Source: Cercozoa sp. M6MM
Lineage: Eukaryota > Protista > Endomyxa: Ascetosporea
Reading direction: 5' to 3' (one strand)
Assembly: GCA_040357565.1 (NCBI GenBank)
Contig: JBDODJ010000125.1
Length of the DNA stretch: 32,397 nt
Position numbers and translations under genes: made by a program. Below are positions 22,088-32,397 of this stretch, in pieces. Each line of letters opens with the position of its first letter. The first letter of the stretch is position 1. The notes beneath the pieces are model-generated. The model had not been told where the DNA came from, ran no database searches, and worked only from the letters and a program-made list of their open reading frames with translations.

Positions 22088-23219
22088 CAGACACGTCACG
22101 GCAAGCGTGGCATAGGCACACAAACACAGGCACTCAGGCACACAGAAACCAGAAAGAGAGAGAGAGAGCAGAGCAGCCGGGCAGTAGGAGTTGTGGCTGT
22201 GGTTGCGGTTGCGTACCAACTCTCGTAGTGCCGCATTCAGCGGGTGCCGCAGCAGCGCCGCATTCGTCAGTTGCTTCGCGTGTCGCACGTCGCGCGTCAG
22301 AACACTCAGCGCCACTCGACTACACACACATACAGACACATACACATACAGACACAGACACAGACACAGACACAGACACAGACACAGACACAGACACAGA
22401 CACAGACACAGACACACACACACACAGACCGACACACACACAATGTACTGATGTCTCAAGCACAGGGCATACATGGACAAGCAGGCACCTCATCCAAAGC
22501 GACGGCACAGAGCGCTCGCGCGAGCAGCGATGCAGGAGCCACAGGAGGTGCGCGCACTGCGCGGCGTCGTGCGTCGCCGTGGCCGCCACGAGGGCACGCC
22601 ACACCAGCACGCGCACGGCCAGCTCGGTGCCGTGCCCCACGGCGCGCTGCAGCAGCTCGAGCACGGCCTCACGCCGCACGCCGACCCGCGTGGCCGCTAG
22701 CAGTACGTGCACCATGCCGCGCAGCGCCTGCGACGCGTCGAACGCCTCCTCGGCCGCCTCCTGGGCCTCGCTGGCGGCGGCGTCCTCGGTGGCAGCACGT
22801 CGGCGCAGTCCGTGCGCGAATCGCATCAGCACGGCGAGACAGGCGCGCGTGTCGAAACGGAAGCGTCGCATGGCCTCGAGCCACAGCATAGCACTCGACT
22901 CGCAGGCACGCGGCGTCAAGACCACGCCGCCTGCGCACTGCAGCGCATCTGCCCACTGCGACGTCGTCTCCTTGTCTCCGCCGTGCCACTGCAGCAGTGC
23001 CAGCATGCACAGCCACGTGTCGGCACACTGCGCCAGTGCCGGCTCGCGCAGTGCCTGTCGGACACACCCGCATCCACACACACACACACACACGCACACA
23101 CACACACACACACACACACNNNNNNNNNNNNNNNNNNNNNNNNNNNNNNNNNNNNNNNNNNNNNNNNNNNNNNNNNNNNNNNNNNNNNNNNNNNNNNNNN
23201 NNNNNNNNNNNNNNNNNNN

Positions 23220-23250
<31 letters not shown>

Positions 23251-26200
23251 TACACACACACACACATACACATACACATACACAGACACAGACACAGACA
23301 CACAGACACAGAGTCGTACCTGCTGCAGCTGCGTCAGTGCCGTCTCGACGTGCTGCCGTGTGATACTGCCGCTGGACGACAGGTCGGTCATGTCGTCGGT
23401 CATGCTGCCAGGGGTAAACGCGGTCTGGAGCCGCGCGGCCAGTCGCAGCAGCAGTCGCAGTGCCAGCAGCGGGTGCGACACGAGGTGCCGTGCCACCTGG
23501 CGGCGCCACACGCGCCGACACTCGGACCGCCGGACATCGCTGCCGTGCAGATGCAGCAGGCGCTGGCACTGCTGGCTCAGAGCACCAGTTTGAACACCAG
23601 TCTGGACACCAGTCTGGACACCAGTTCGAACACCAGTCTGGATACCAGTTAGGACACCAGTCAGTGTTTCAGGAGTGTGATCGTCCTTCTGGCCGTCCTT
23701 CTGGCCTTCCTTCTGGTCGTCCTTCTTGCCGCACCTGCAGGGCCAGCACTCGGCGTCGCTGAGGAACTGCTGCGCGAGCTTGAGCAGCTGCGCCACCTTG
23801 GGATCGCAGCGGCCCATGGCCGTCAGACACGTGTACAGCGACAGCACGCAGCGCGCCGACTCGCGCGTCGCCGGCATGCGGGCGAACAGGATGAGTGCCC
23901 GCGCGCACAGTGCCTGACATCGCGCCTGCAGTGCCGCCGGCAGTCGTCCTTCCTGCCAGTAGCGCCGCGCGCTGTCAGCGATGCGATCCGCGTCCACGTC
24001 GACGCCAAACGACGCCGTCGAAGCCGTCGCCCATGTCTCGCGTAGCAGGTCCTCACACCTATGCGAGAGGAAGGGAGTGGCAATACACTGACACCTACAG
24101 CAGGTAGAGCCACACGTACTTGGACGACATGTCGCCGCACAAGCGCAGCAGCACATGCCACAGACACAACTGATGCTGCGGCCGCAGACGTCGCACCTGC
24201 ACGCGCTCCACGCACACCTGCATGTCGCCTCTGCACAGAGCAAAGGGCCATCCACCCGCGCGGACACAAGACGAGACCGGAGGAAAGAAACGCACCCGTC
24301 GGCGCCGAGCCAGCGGTCCAGCGCCTGCAGGGCACTCGTGCCAGACTGCGTGTCGATGAGGATGCGCAGGCGACGCAGCAGCAGACCCAGCAGCAGCGCC
24401 GACGTCGCGCGCGGCAGCAAGGCCGTCGTGTCCGTGTCGGCGTGCGGCGACTCGAGCGGCAGCAGGCCGAGCACCTCGTCGCACGTGTTGAGCGCGGCCT
24501 GCGGCGTGTGCTGCAACTGCACCAGCAACTGCAGCACACTGGGCGGCACGCGCGGCGACAGGTACGTCACGGCCTTGCGCACACTCTGTAGCAGCGTATC
24601 CTCGGCGACGCCTGCCGCTTTGCGCTGCTGTGACACGTGCCGTGACACGTGCTGTGACACGTGCCGTGACACGTGCTGTGACACGTGCTTCTCGCGGTAG
24701 CGCAGGTAGGCCAGCCACAGCGACTCGTGCCGCGGGTTGTGCGCCAGTGCGCGCGACAGCACGTGCAACAGCGCCGCCGCGTGCCGAGGCGACCGCGCCG
24801 CGCCGTTCTCGTCGACGAACATGCGCGCCAGAGACATCCTGTGTGCCATGGCACCGCGGGTGTTATACATCAACATCGACACATTACAATACTACTACAT
24901 GAGCAATACTACATGAGCAATACTACATGAGCAATACTGCATATACAATACTGCATGTACAATACTACATTACAATACTGCATGTACAATACTGCATGTG
25001 CAATACTGCATGAGCAATACTGCATGAGCAATACTGCATTACAATACTACCGGGACCTACCACGACTCAACGTCGGTCGGAGTCTCCTTGACACGTGCCT
25101 CGAGTTCCTCCACATCGGGCTCTTCGTCCACCTCGTCGTCGTCGCTGTCGTCTTCCTCCTGCACACAACGAGGGTCACAGGCCGGACAAGGTAGAACAGG
25201 GGGGGGGGGGGGGGTAAAACTACCTCGACGCCCTGCTCGGCCAGCAGACGCATCTCCTCGGCATCCACGCGTTCCGATGCCGACAGAGAGGCGGCAAGCG
25301 AGGATTTGCGTCCGCGCGGAAGGCGACGTCCGCGCTGCTGTCCGTCGCGCGAGTCGGTCAGACGGCGTCGTTTGGCCGCCGGTTGCTCGGGCTGCTCGGC
25401 ACTCAGCGACGCTGCGTACTGCGCCGACACGAGGTGCGGAAACACGCGCGTGCGCAGCAGCGACTGCGCGGCCGAGAAGTTCGTCTGCGTCCGCGCGGAC
25501 GCCGTCTCCTTGGAGTGACCGCTGCCGGTGCCACTGGCACGCAGCAGGTCGTTCATCTCGTCCGAGTCGGCACTGCGCAGGCGCGCCGACGCCAGGTGCT
25601 GGTACTTGCACTTGCCGCGTCGTGCGCGCGCACACAGCACGCCACGCAGCGAGCACGGACACCTGCGCATCCACAAGGACAGGTACACGAGGGTAGCAAG
25701 ATGAGAGGAGCGTTGGTGCTGGGTACAAGGCTTGCAACGGGCGCACAGACACGTGCTGTGACGCTGCGTGCATCTGCGCGAGAAAGTCGCTGGGCGCGAA
25801 GCGGTAGGCGCGGCATGCGCGCAGTGGCGACACGTACTCCCGCAGAGCAGCATCGACCACTGTGTCTGCGTCAGTGTCTGCGTCAGTGTCAATGACCCCC
25901 GAGTCACTGAGGTCAGTCGAGACACTATCGATGTTGCTGTTGCTGTTGCTGCTGTTGTTGCTGTTGCTTTTGCCGTCCCAGACAGCGGCAGGGACGAAGC
26001 GTGCCCTGCCGTCCTGGTCGTACTGCAGTCGCAGCGGTTCGGCAAAGAGCGACGCCTCGCGCTCCAGTCGCGCGGCCGCGAACGAGTGCAGCTGCGTGTC
26101 CAGTGCGCGCAGCGACTGCACCAGACGCGTCTCCCACTGCTGCTGCTGCTGCTGCGCCTGTCGCTCCGACGCCGTCGCTGCGCCTGCTGCCAACCAAACA

Positions 26201-27807
26201 ACCTCCAGCAACCACACCTCAAGCAACCACACCTCAAGCAACCACCACCTCAACCAAACAACCTCAAGAAACCCAACCTCAACCAAACAACCTCAAGCAA
26301 TGTGAGGGTCACACAGGGTGCAGGAATAAGGGTAGGGACGGGCAGGAGGTATGGGGAAGGGAAGGTAGGGGACAAGGAGCGAGTACCGGAGCGCGTGTGC
26401 TGCAGGTGCTGCGCCGAGTGCCGCAGCGACGTGATACGCCGCGTGAGTGCCGCCACGCGTGCCGCGGCGCGGTCGCGCAGCATCGTCGTAGTCGCCTCCG
26501 ACTCAGCAGGCTCCGACTCAGCAGGCTCTGGCTCTACCTCGATCGGCTCTGGCTCAGCAGGCTCCGCTTCAGCTGATTCAGTCGGCTCATTCGGCACAGT
26601 CTCTGTCAGCTCATTCGGCACAGTCTCTGTCAGCTCAGCAGGCACAGCCTCGACAGGCTCAGCAGGCAGAGCCTCGACAGGCTCAGACTGCACCGGCTCA
26701 GATGTCACCGGCTCGATAGGCTCCGGCTCTTGTACAGGCTCCGGCTCTTGTACAGACTCCGGCTCTTGTACAGACTCCGGCTCTTGTACAGACTCCAGGA
26801 TCGGCTGAGGCTGCTGGACTCGTTCGTGCAAGGATTCGACCACGTCGGTATCGTCGCGCATCGGCACAGGCGCCTGCTTGACCAGGAAGGGAAAGACCTT
26901 GGTGACGGCATCGATCTCCTGCTGCATGGTCGCCGTGTGCGAGAACACCTGCCAGGGAGGGAGGGTATGACTGTGCTCTTCTAGCGGCATCGAGAACAGC
27001 GGGGAGGGGGGTATGACTGGGGCAGTGCGTACCTTGTGGCAGTGGCCACACACGGCGTACCGCAGGTGGTCGGAGATGTCGATGCCGGCGGCGGCAACGC
27101 GTCGCTGGCGCAGCTGCTGGCCGCTCATGGACTCGAGCAGCGTGTCGCAGTACAGGCACCGCGTCATGAACAGCTGCTCGGGAGACACGTGTCTGCCCGG
27201 ACACAGGCACTCCCACAGCGCCTTGAATATCGGCTGCCACTCGCGCGTGCACGTCTTGCCATTCACAATGTACAGCACCGGGTACGCCTCCGACGGCAAG
27301 CCTGTCGCGGAGGGAGGGGGCAATACGAGAGCAACACTAGGGGGTAGATAACACGGCAGAAAGAGTACGTTTCAGGTGCGAGCGCGGCGTCACAAGCAGC
27401 GCCTTGTGTTTGGCCGCCAACGACAGCAAGGCATCGTCGATACGCATACGGTTCACCTACAGGAGAAGGGTAGTGTACAACAACAACCAAGAAAGAGGAG
27501 GACAGGGGACCTTGCGCCGCGCCTTGGTGCCCTTGTAGGCCGGAATCTTGTCCGGGGACGGCAAGGTTTCGGTGGAGGGCGAGGAGATGCCCACGGTGCG
27601 CAGCATCTGCGTCAGCATGGCGTTGACGCGCGGGTCGACGATGATACAGAGACGCGAGAAGGGCACCTGCACCTGCTTGAACTCGCGCAGCGCCGACGGT
27701 CGTGCAAACGGACCGAAGGTGCGCAGCACATCGCTGCTGGCAGGCAGTGCTGCCGCTGATGTTCCTGTCCTGTCTGCCGAGGGCACAGGCTGTTGCTGTT
27801 GCTGCTC

Positions 27808-27848
<41 letters not shown>

Positions 27849-27852
27849 GCGG

Positions 27853-27935
<83 letters not shown>

Positions 27936-27949
27936 GCTGCTGCTGCTGC

Positions 27950-27994
<45 letters not shown>

Positions 27995-30902
27995 GCAGAA
28001 GCGACGAGCTTGGCCACCAGTGAGTGCACGTCGCGCTTGCAGCAGGCCACGCGGTGCTTCTCCAGTCGACGCACGCTCACGTGGCTCGGCTTCATGTGTT
28101 GCAGAAGACGCGCCACATACGTGTACCGCTGGAGCATCACCTGTACACATAAGCAAGGGTCAAAGCAAGGGTCAAAGCAAGGGTCAGAAGCAAGGGTCAG
28201 AACAGCCGGGCACACAGAGGCAGGTTGCGGAGGGATTTACATGGTCCTCTTGCAGCAAGGAGACGCAGCGCGAGTGGCGCTCCGCGACGAGCTTGGCCAC
28301 GAGGCCGATGCGTGTGCGCAGTGACACCTGTCGCCGCTTGCATCGCTTCAACTCGGCGTGCCACGTGTCCGCCTGCTCCTCGAGACGGCGCACGAGATTC
28401 GTCACGTCCGCGTGTACGACGTCGCTTTCGTCTTTGTCTCTGCCTTGACCTAGGCCTAGGCCTAGGCCTTGGACAACACCCTGGGTCTTTCGCGCCTTTG
28501 GCTTGCTCGTGCCCGGCGCCGTCGCCGCCTTGGCCGCCTCGCGCAGTCGCGCCTGCAGTTTCACCAAGTTCGCGTGCGCCTTGAGCACCTGTCCGCGCAG
28601 CGTCAGTAGCGGCGCCTTCTTCTTGTCGCACCTGCGCACAGCAGCAGTTTCAGCACACAGGCACATATACACACACACAGACATAGACATACACACACAG
28701 AGACACAGAGACATAAAGGCGCTCGCGTGGTACCTCTCCTTGCACTTCTTGAGTTTTATGGCCCTGCGCTCGCGCTGATTGAAGCGCCACAGCAGTCGCT
28801 CCACCACATCGAGCGCCTCGCTCAGCTGCACCAGCGCAGTGTACTCAGCACGCACGGCTTTGCTCACTTTCGGCAGCTGTGACCAACAAAGGCATGCAAA
28901 CGAACACAGGTGTCAAAACACACAAGCAGAGCGGACTGACCTTGATTTCGGGCCATGGGCAGTCCGTCAGACCGTCCGCGCGGAACTTCTGGAGCAACAT
29001 CGGCTGCGGAAGCTTTTTCAGCTCTTTCGGGTCCGTGTCATCGTTCTCACCCGAAAACTCTGGCACGTGGAGTTTCTTCGAGAGCGACTCGGTTAGTTGG
29101 CGCAGTTCGCGGCCCTGGCCGTCACTGGACAGACACAGCGCCAAAGCGCCGGCTGTATCACCCAGATTTCTCAGTGCCTTGGCTTGTGTCTGCACAGAGA
29201 ACGCGCGAAACCATTCGAGTCAGAGACGCTTCCAGAAACACATGGACGCAGTGAAACATGTGCGTGTGTACCAGGCGAGCCTTTCGTAGCAACATGCCTT
29301 GCACACCTTCGGCGTTGACAACAGCGTCGGCCAAGCTCGCGGCCTCTTCAAAGTTGCCACGACGATACGCGATGAGTGCGCAGTTCATGAGTGCTCGCTT
29401 GTCACTCGGCACCAGCTTGTGCGCCTGGCAGACACCAACATACAAACTGACTCCACAATACACACACAGACACACAGACACACAGACACGCACACAGACA
29501 CAGATACACAGACACACAGACACACACAAGGGCAGATGTACCTGTTGGTAGCACTGCTCCGATTTCTTCAAGTCGTTCTCTTCAAGTCTCTTGGCGCCTT
29601 CCCTGCACAGCACTGGTTAGCGAAGGAAGGGAAGAGGAAACACTGCAGTACAGTCGCAAAATTGCAGCCGCCTGTCGCAACTCGTCGCTGGAACGACTCT
29701 GAATTTCGTGTTCCGACCAGCGCAGCGCCTCCAGCAGTGTCGCTTCGATCATACGAGTCTTGGATCGGTCTCTGGAACGACTGCGGGAGCGCCGGCGTTC
29801 TCGGCTTTGCGAATCGACAGGAGACACTTTCTTCGAGTCGCTCGAGTTGGTGCCACTGTCGTTGTTGTTGCGGTTGATGTTGTCGTTGTTGATGTTGATG
29901 TTGTTGTCGTTGTTGTTGCGGTTGTCGTTGTTGTTGTCGGGGTTGCTGCTGCCGCTGCTGAGAGTGCTCATAGTTGTCGGCTGCTGTGAGTTGTCTGTGT
30001 CGCGTGCCAGCGAACCCAGCGCACGCGCGCGCAGTTCCTCCAGCGTACCGAGCGAGGCTTGCACCGACTCGTCTGTACAGTCAAGCAAAGATAAAGGTAG
30101 TCAAAGACGCGAAACACAGAATGCACGGGAGACAAAGTTCGCACCCTCCTCAGAAGTATTCTCGGAACTGTCATTGGCTGAGGCAGAGAAAGACTCGTTC
30201 GCGCATGCGGGGCTGGCGTACGGTGCCTCGTCCGAGGCCACGAAGGACACGAAGAAGGAGTGCACACCGAGATGAAAGTCGCGCGAGATCAAGGCACGCG
30301 GCCGCTCAGGAAGTTCGATGGCGCGGTGCAGCACATCGAGCACGTCGGCGTCGAAGAAGTCGTCGTCAGTGTCGTTGTCAGTGTCGTCGTCAGTGTCGTC
30401 GTCCCTCATCTTGGCTTCCGCAGTGCCTGGCTGGCTGGCTCGAGGATTGGCTTCTTGCTTGGTTTCCTTGGGCTTTTCGTCGACTTGGTAGACCTGCTCG
30501 TACCAGTTGCCGTCTTCGTCTTCGTCTTCGCTGTCGTCGTCGCTGCTTTCATCGTTGTCGACCTCGATGGCACTCGGGCTCGAGCGTTCTTCAGTCGGGG
30601 TGCTTCGGCTGGGGAGACTAAACGTCATCGGTGAGCCCCTCTGGTCAGTGTCAACACTGGCTGTGTTCCTGCTCGGCGAGCTGGCTAGAGGCTCCTTCGG
30701 AACAACACTCGAGACGTAGTTCGGAGTTTCCTGCAACTCGAAGCAATTCATTTAAACTCAAGGGAAGTAAAAGTTCAGTCGATCTGTTTCAGCACACCAG
30801 TTCGTCATCTTCTATTTCGCCCTCTTCTCGTTCTTGAAAGAGATTCTTGTTGCGTAAAGTGGCCAAAGCACGGGTGCGGAGTCGCTCCTGCGAAAACGAC
30901 AT
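21927..30902 (-). CDS. ZFC3H1: ZFC3H1/Red1-like RNA exosome adaptor (PAXT/MTREC subunit)
   Basis: ATG at 30902 with N-terminal REEGEIEDDE; coiled coils. The zf-C3H1 module YVSPLRACRAYRFAP...VRPLQAL|CPCSLRGVLCARARRGKCKYQH lies at about 25597-25840. The HAT-like C terminus includes LEARVKETPTDVESW|MSLARMF, LHVLSRALAHNPRHESLWLAYLRY and LRPQHQLCLWHVLLRL, ending ...EREFPRQSRKRAR* (21927). Intron phases chain through the whole locus. Confidence 0.85.
24888..25050. repeat. Intronic 14-bp minisatellite (CAATACTRCATGAG-like)
   Basis: About 11 degenerate copies are visible. Confidence 0.9.
26191..26298. repeat. Intronic 15-bp-type minisatellite (CAACCACACCTCAAG-like)
   Basis: About 7 degenerate copies are visible. 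Confidence 0.85.
26505..26800 (-). repeat. Exonic tandem repeats encoding VQEPES / AEPVEA / ELTETVPN / AESEP units in ZFC3H1
   Basis: 15-, 18- and 24-bp units, all in frame. Confidence 0.85.
27791..27990 (-). repeat. Exonic polyQ tract (about 65 codons) in ZFC3H1
   Basis: (TTG/CTG)n on the + strand, within ORF 27457-28215. Confidence 0.9.
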
Positions 30903-31215
30903 GCTCAACGCGGGTGGGGAATGGTTGAAGCCGGCGAAAATATTTTATACCCGTAACTCCATGCACTTCAACGTTTAAACTCCTTAAACACAGGAGTTGG
31001 GGACGTCAACGCGGACGGCTCGCCAAACAGACTTGTCCGCTGTGGAAATCACGAAAATCGTCCATCACATGAGACTAAAGATAAATGTGCACGCTACCAA
31101 ACCGCGAGACGTCGTATTCTAGATTCAATTCCGCCACCGCACAGTCAGGATGCTGTCCAGTTTTTCGATTTTCGCGGAGCGCTGGATTCCGGTCCAAGGC
31201 AAAGAATAAATAATA

Positions 31216-32397
31216 ATGTTGTCCGGGCGATTTTCCCAGGCCCGTTCGGGGAGTCGTGCCCTGTACTCTTTAGCTTTTGGGAGCGGAGATCGCTACCACG
31301 GGCACAGAGCGCGGTAGGTGACATGCGAATCGCAGCGACAAGTGAGGCAGAACCTCTGGATTTGTCCCATGTATTCTCACAACAGTGCACGCTATCGGTA
31401 CCTTCCGCTGCTTTTGTCGAGGAACTGGGGTGCGGTGCTTTACATGTGTGTCTGTTTGCAGTTGTTGTCGACTCCGCCAGTGTCACCGCCGCCAGTTTTG
31501 TCGGAGCACATCCAACTGAGTGTGGAGGCGCGCCGCTCACTCCGCAGGGTACCTCCTGTATCGTGTTTGTGCTGCCAGTGGGTGAGTGTGACTGCCTTTG
31601 ACAGAAGCTCGTGCAAGTCGAAGGTGAAGTCACGCTGGCGCCAGTGCCGACAGTCCGCGTGCCAACTGTGCAGGATCAGACGCAGTTTGCCGCACTGGCC
31701 ACCACGAAGACAGGTATGTGCAGACCATTGCGTCTTCCTCCCTTGTGACGTTGCACGAGCAAACTTCGACAGTGGACGCGCCTGTGGAAGGTCGCTACGA
31801 TGCTTCGGATGCCGCGTTGCTGCGCCGAATGCGACAGCATGTGGAGGAACGTCGACGTGCCCTCGAGGCTGAGCGAAGGTTGCCTGCCATGTGGGGGGTG
31901 GTCGAGTTGGAAGAAGCATGTGCGCAGGCGGAAGGCGGCCGAGTTGGAGCGACAGCGACAGGAGGAGGAACGAGCGCGCCTGCAGCGCGAACAGGCACGC
32001 CGCGAACGAGAGGAGAAACTGTATACATCTATATCTATACATATACATATATGTATATATATATATCTATACATATATAAAAGTATATATGTGGACATAC
32101 AGAAATAGATAAATGTATTGAACTGTTTGGACAGGAAGAAGGAGCGCGAGGCGCTGCAGGCGGCCGAGGATCGTCGCAAGCGCGAAGCAGAGGCCGCTAA
32201 ACAAAAGGCGGCGCTCGAGGCCAAGCAGGCAGCGGATAAGGTAGATCTTTCCAGGTTATTCTTTTTACCTTTCTACCCCCCCCCCCGCCGGTAGAAAAAA
32301 GCAGCAGCAGCGGCTGCAGAGGCACAGCGACAGGCACAGGCGCAGTTGTTGAAACAGGTAACCTCGTTCTTTACCCCTGCCTAATCCCCGACCCCCC
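31216..32397 (+). CDS. 5' part of a protein with an E/R/K/A-rich coiled-coil or single alpha-helix region (start uncertain; runs off the window)
   Basis: Spliced exons ...DAALLRRMRQHVEERRRALEAER|RKAAELERQRQEEERARLQREQARREREEKL|KKEREALQAAEDRRKREAEAAKQKAALEAKQAADK|KKAAAAAAEAQRQAQAQLLKQ. Divergent from ZFC3H1. Confidence 0.65.

Noticed and set aside
24888-25050. CRISPR-like array
   Set aside because: Head-to-tail 14-bp minisatellite without unique spacers, inside a eukaryotic intron.
22228-26808. Long + strand ORFs (e.g. 22228-23652, 25768-26808)
   Set aside because: Antisense shadows of GC-rich ZFC3H1 exons and repeats, with no motifs.
31216-32397. Gle1 or another named identity for the last gene
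   Set aside because: Only a generic charged coiled coil is visible, and any diagnostic domain lies outside the window.

Overview
Gene-dense, intron-rich eukaryotic (protist-like) nuclear DNA read with the standard genetic code. Introns are mostly about 50-70 nt GT-AG with loose 5' splice sites, and many are swollen by microsatellites. The raw ORF track is therefore mostly fragments, and I spliced the genes by hand. Ten coding loci are supported, in order: the 3' end of an unknown gene (+); a UIM/NLS orphan (+); CDC50/LEM3 flippase beta subunit (-); a membrane-anchored Old Yellow Enzyme/NADH:flavin oxidoreductase (-) that is head-to-head (133 bp) with a membrane-anchored methyltransferase-like orphan (+); a multi-TM orphan (-); an F-BAR-like protein with a long low-complexity tail (-); an LPCAT-like acyltransferase (+); a roughly 9 kb ZFC3H1/Red1 ortholog carrying extra TPR and Cys-rich inserts (-); and the 5' part of a charged coiled-coil protein (+). 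Non-coding features of note are a 166-bp MITE with TIRs and a TSD (10198-10363), a candidate structured ncRNA of about 330 nt (858-1190), and intronic telomere-like (TAAGGGG)n arrays. No rRNA, tRNA or CRISPR was found. All family calls rest on motif recognition, not database searches, and exon boundaries are manual.
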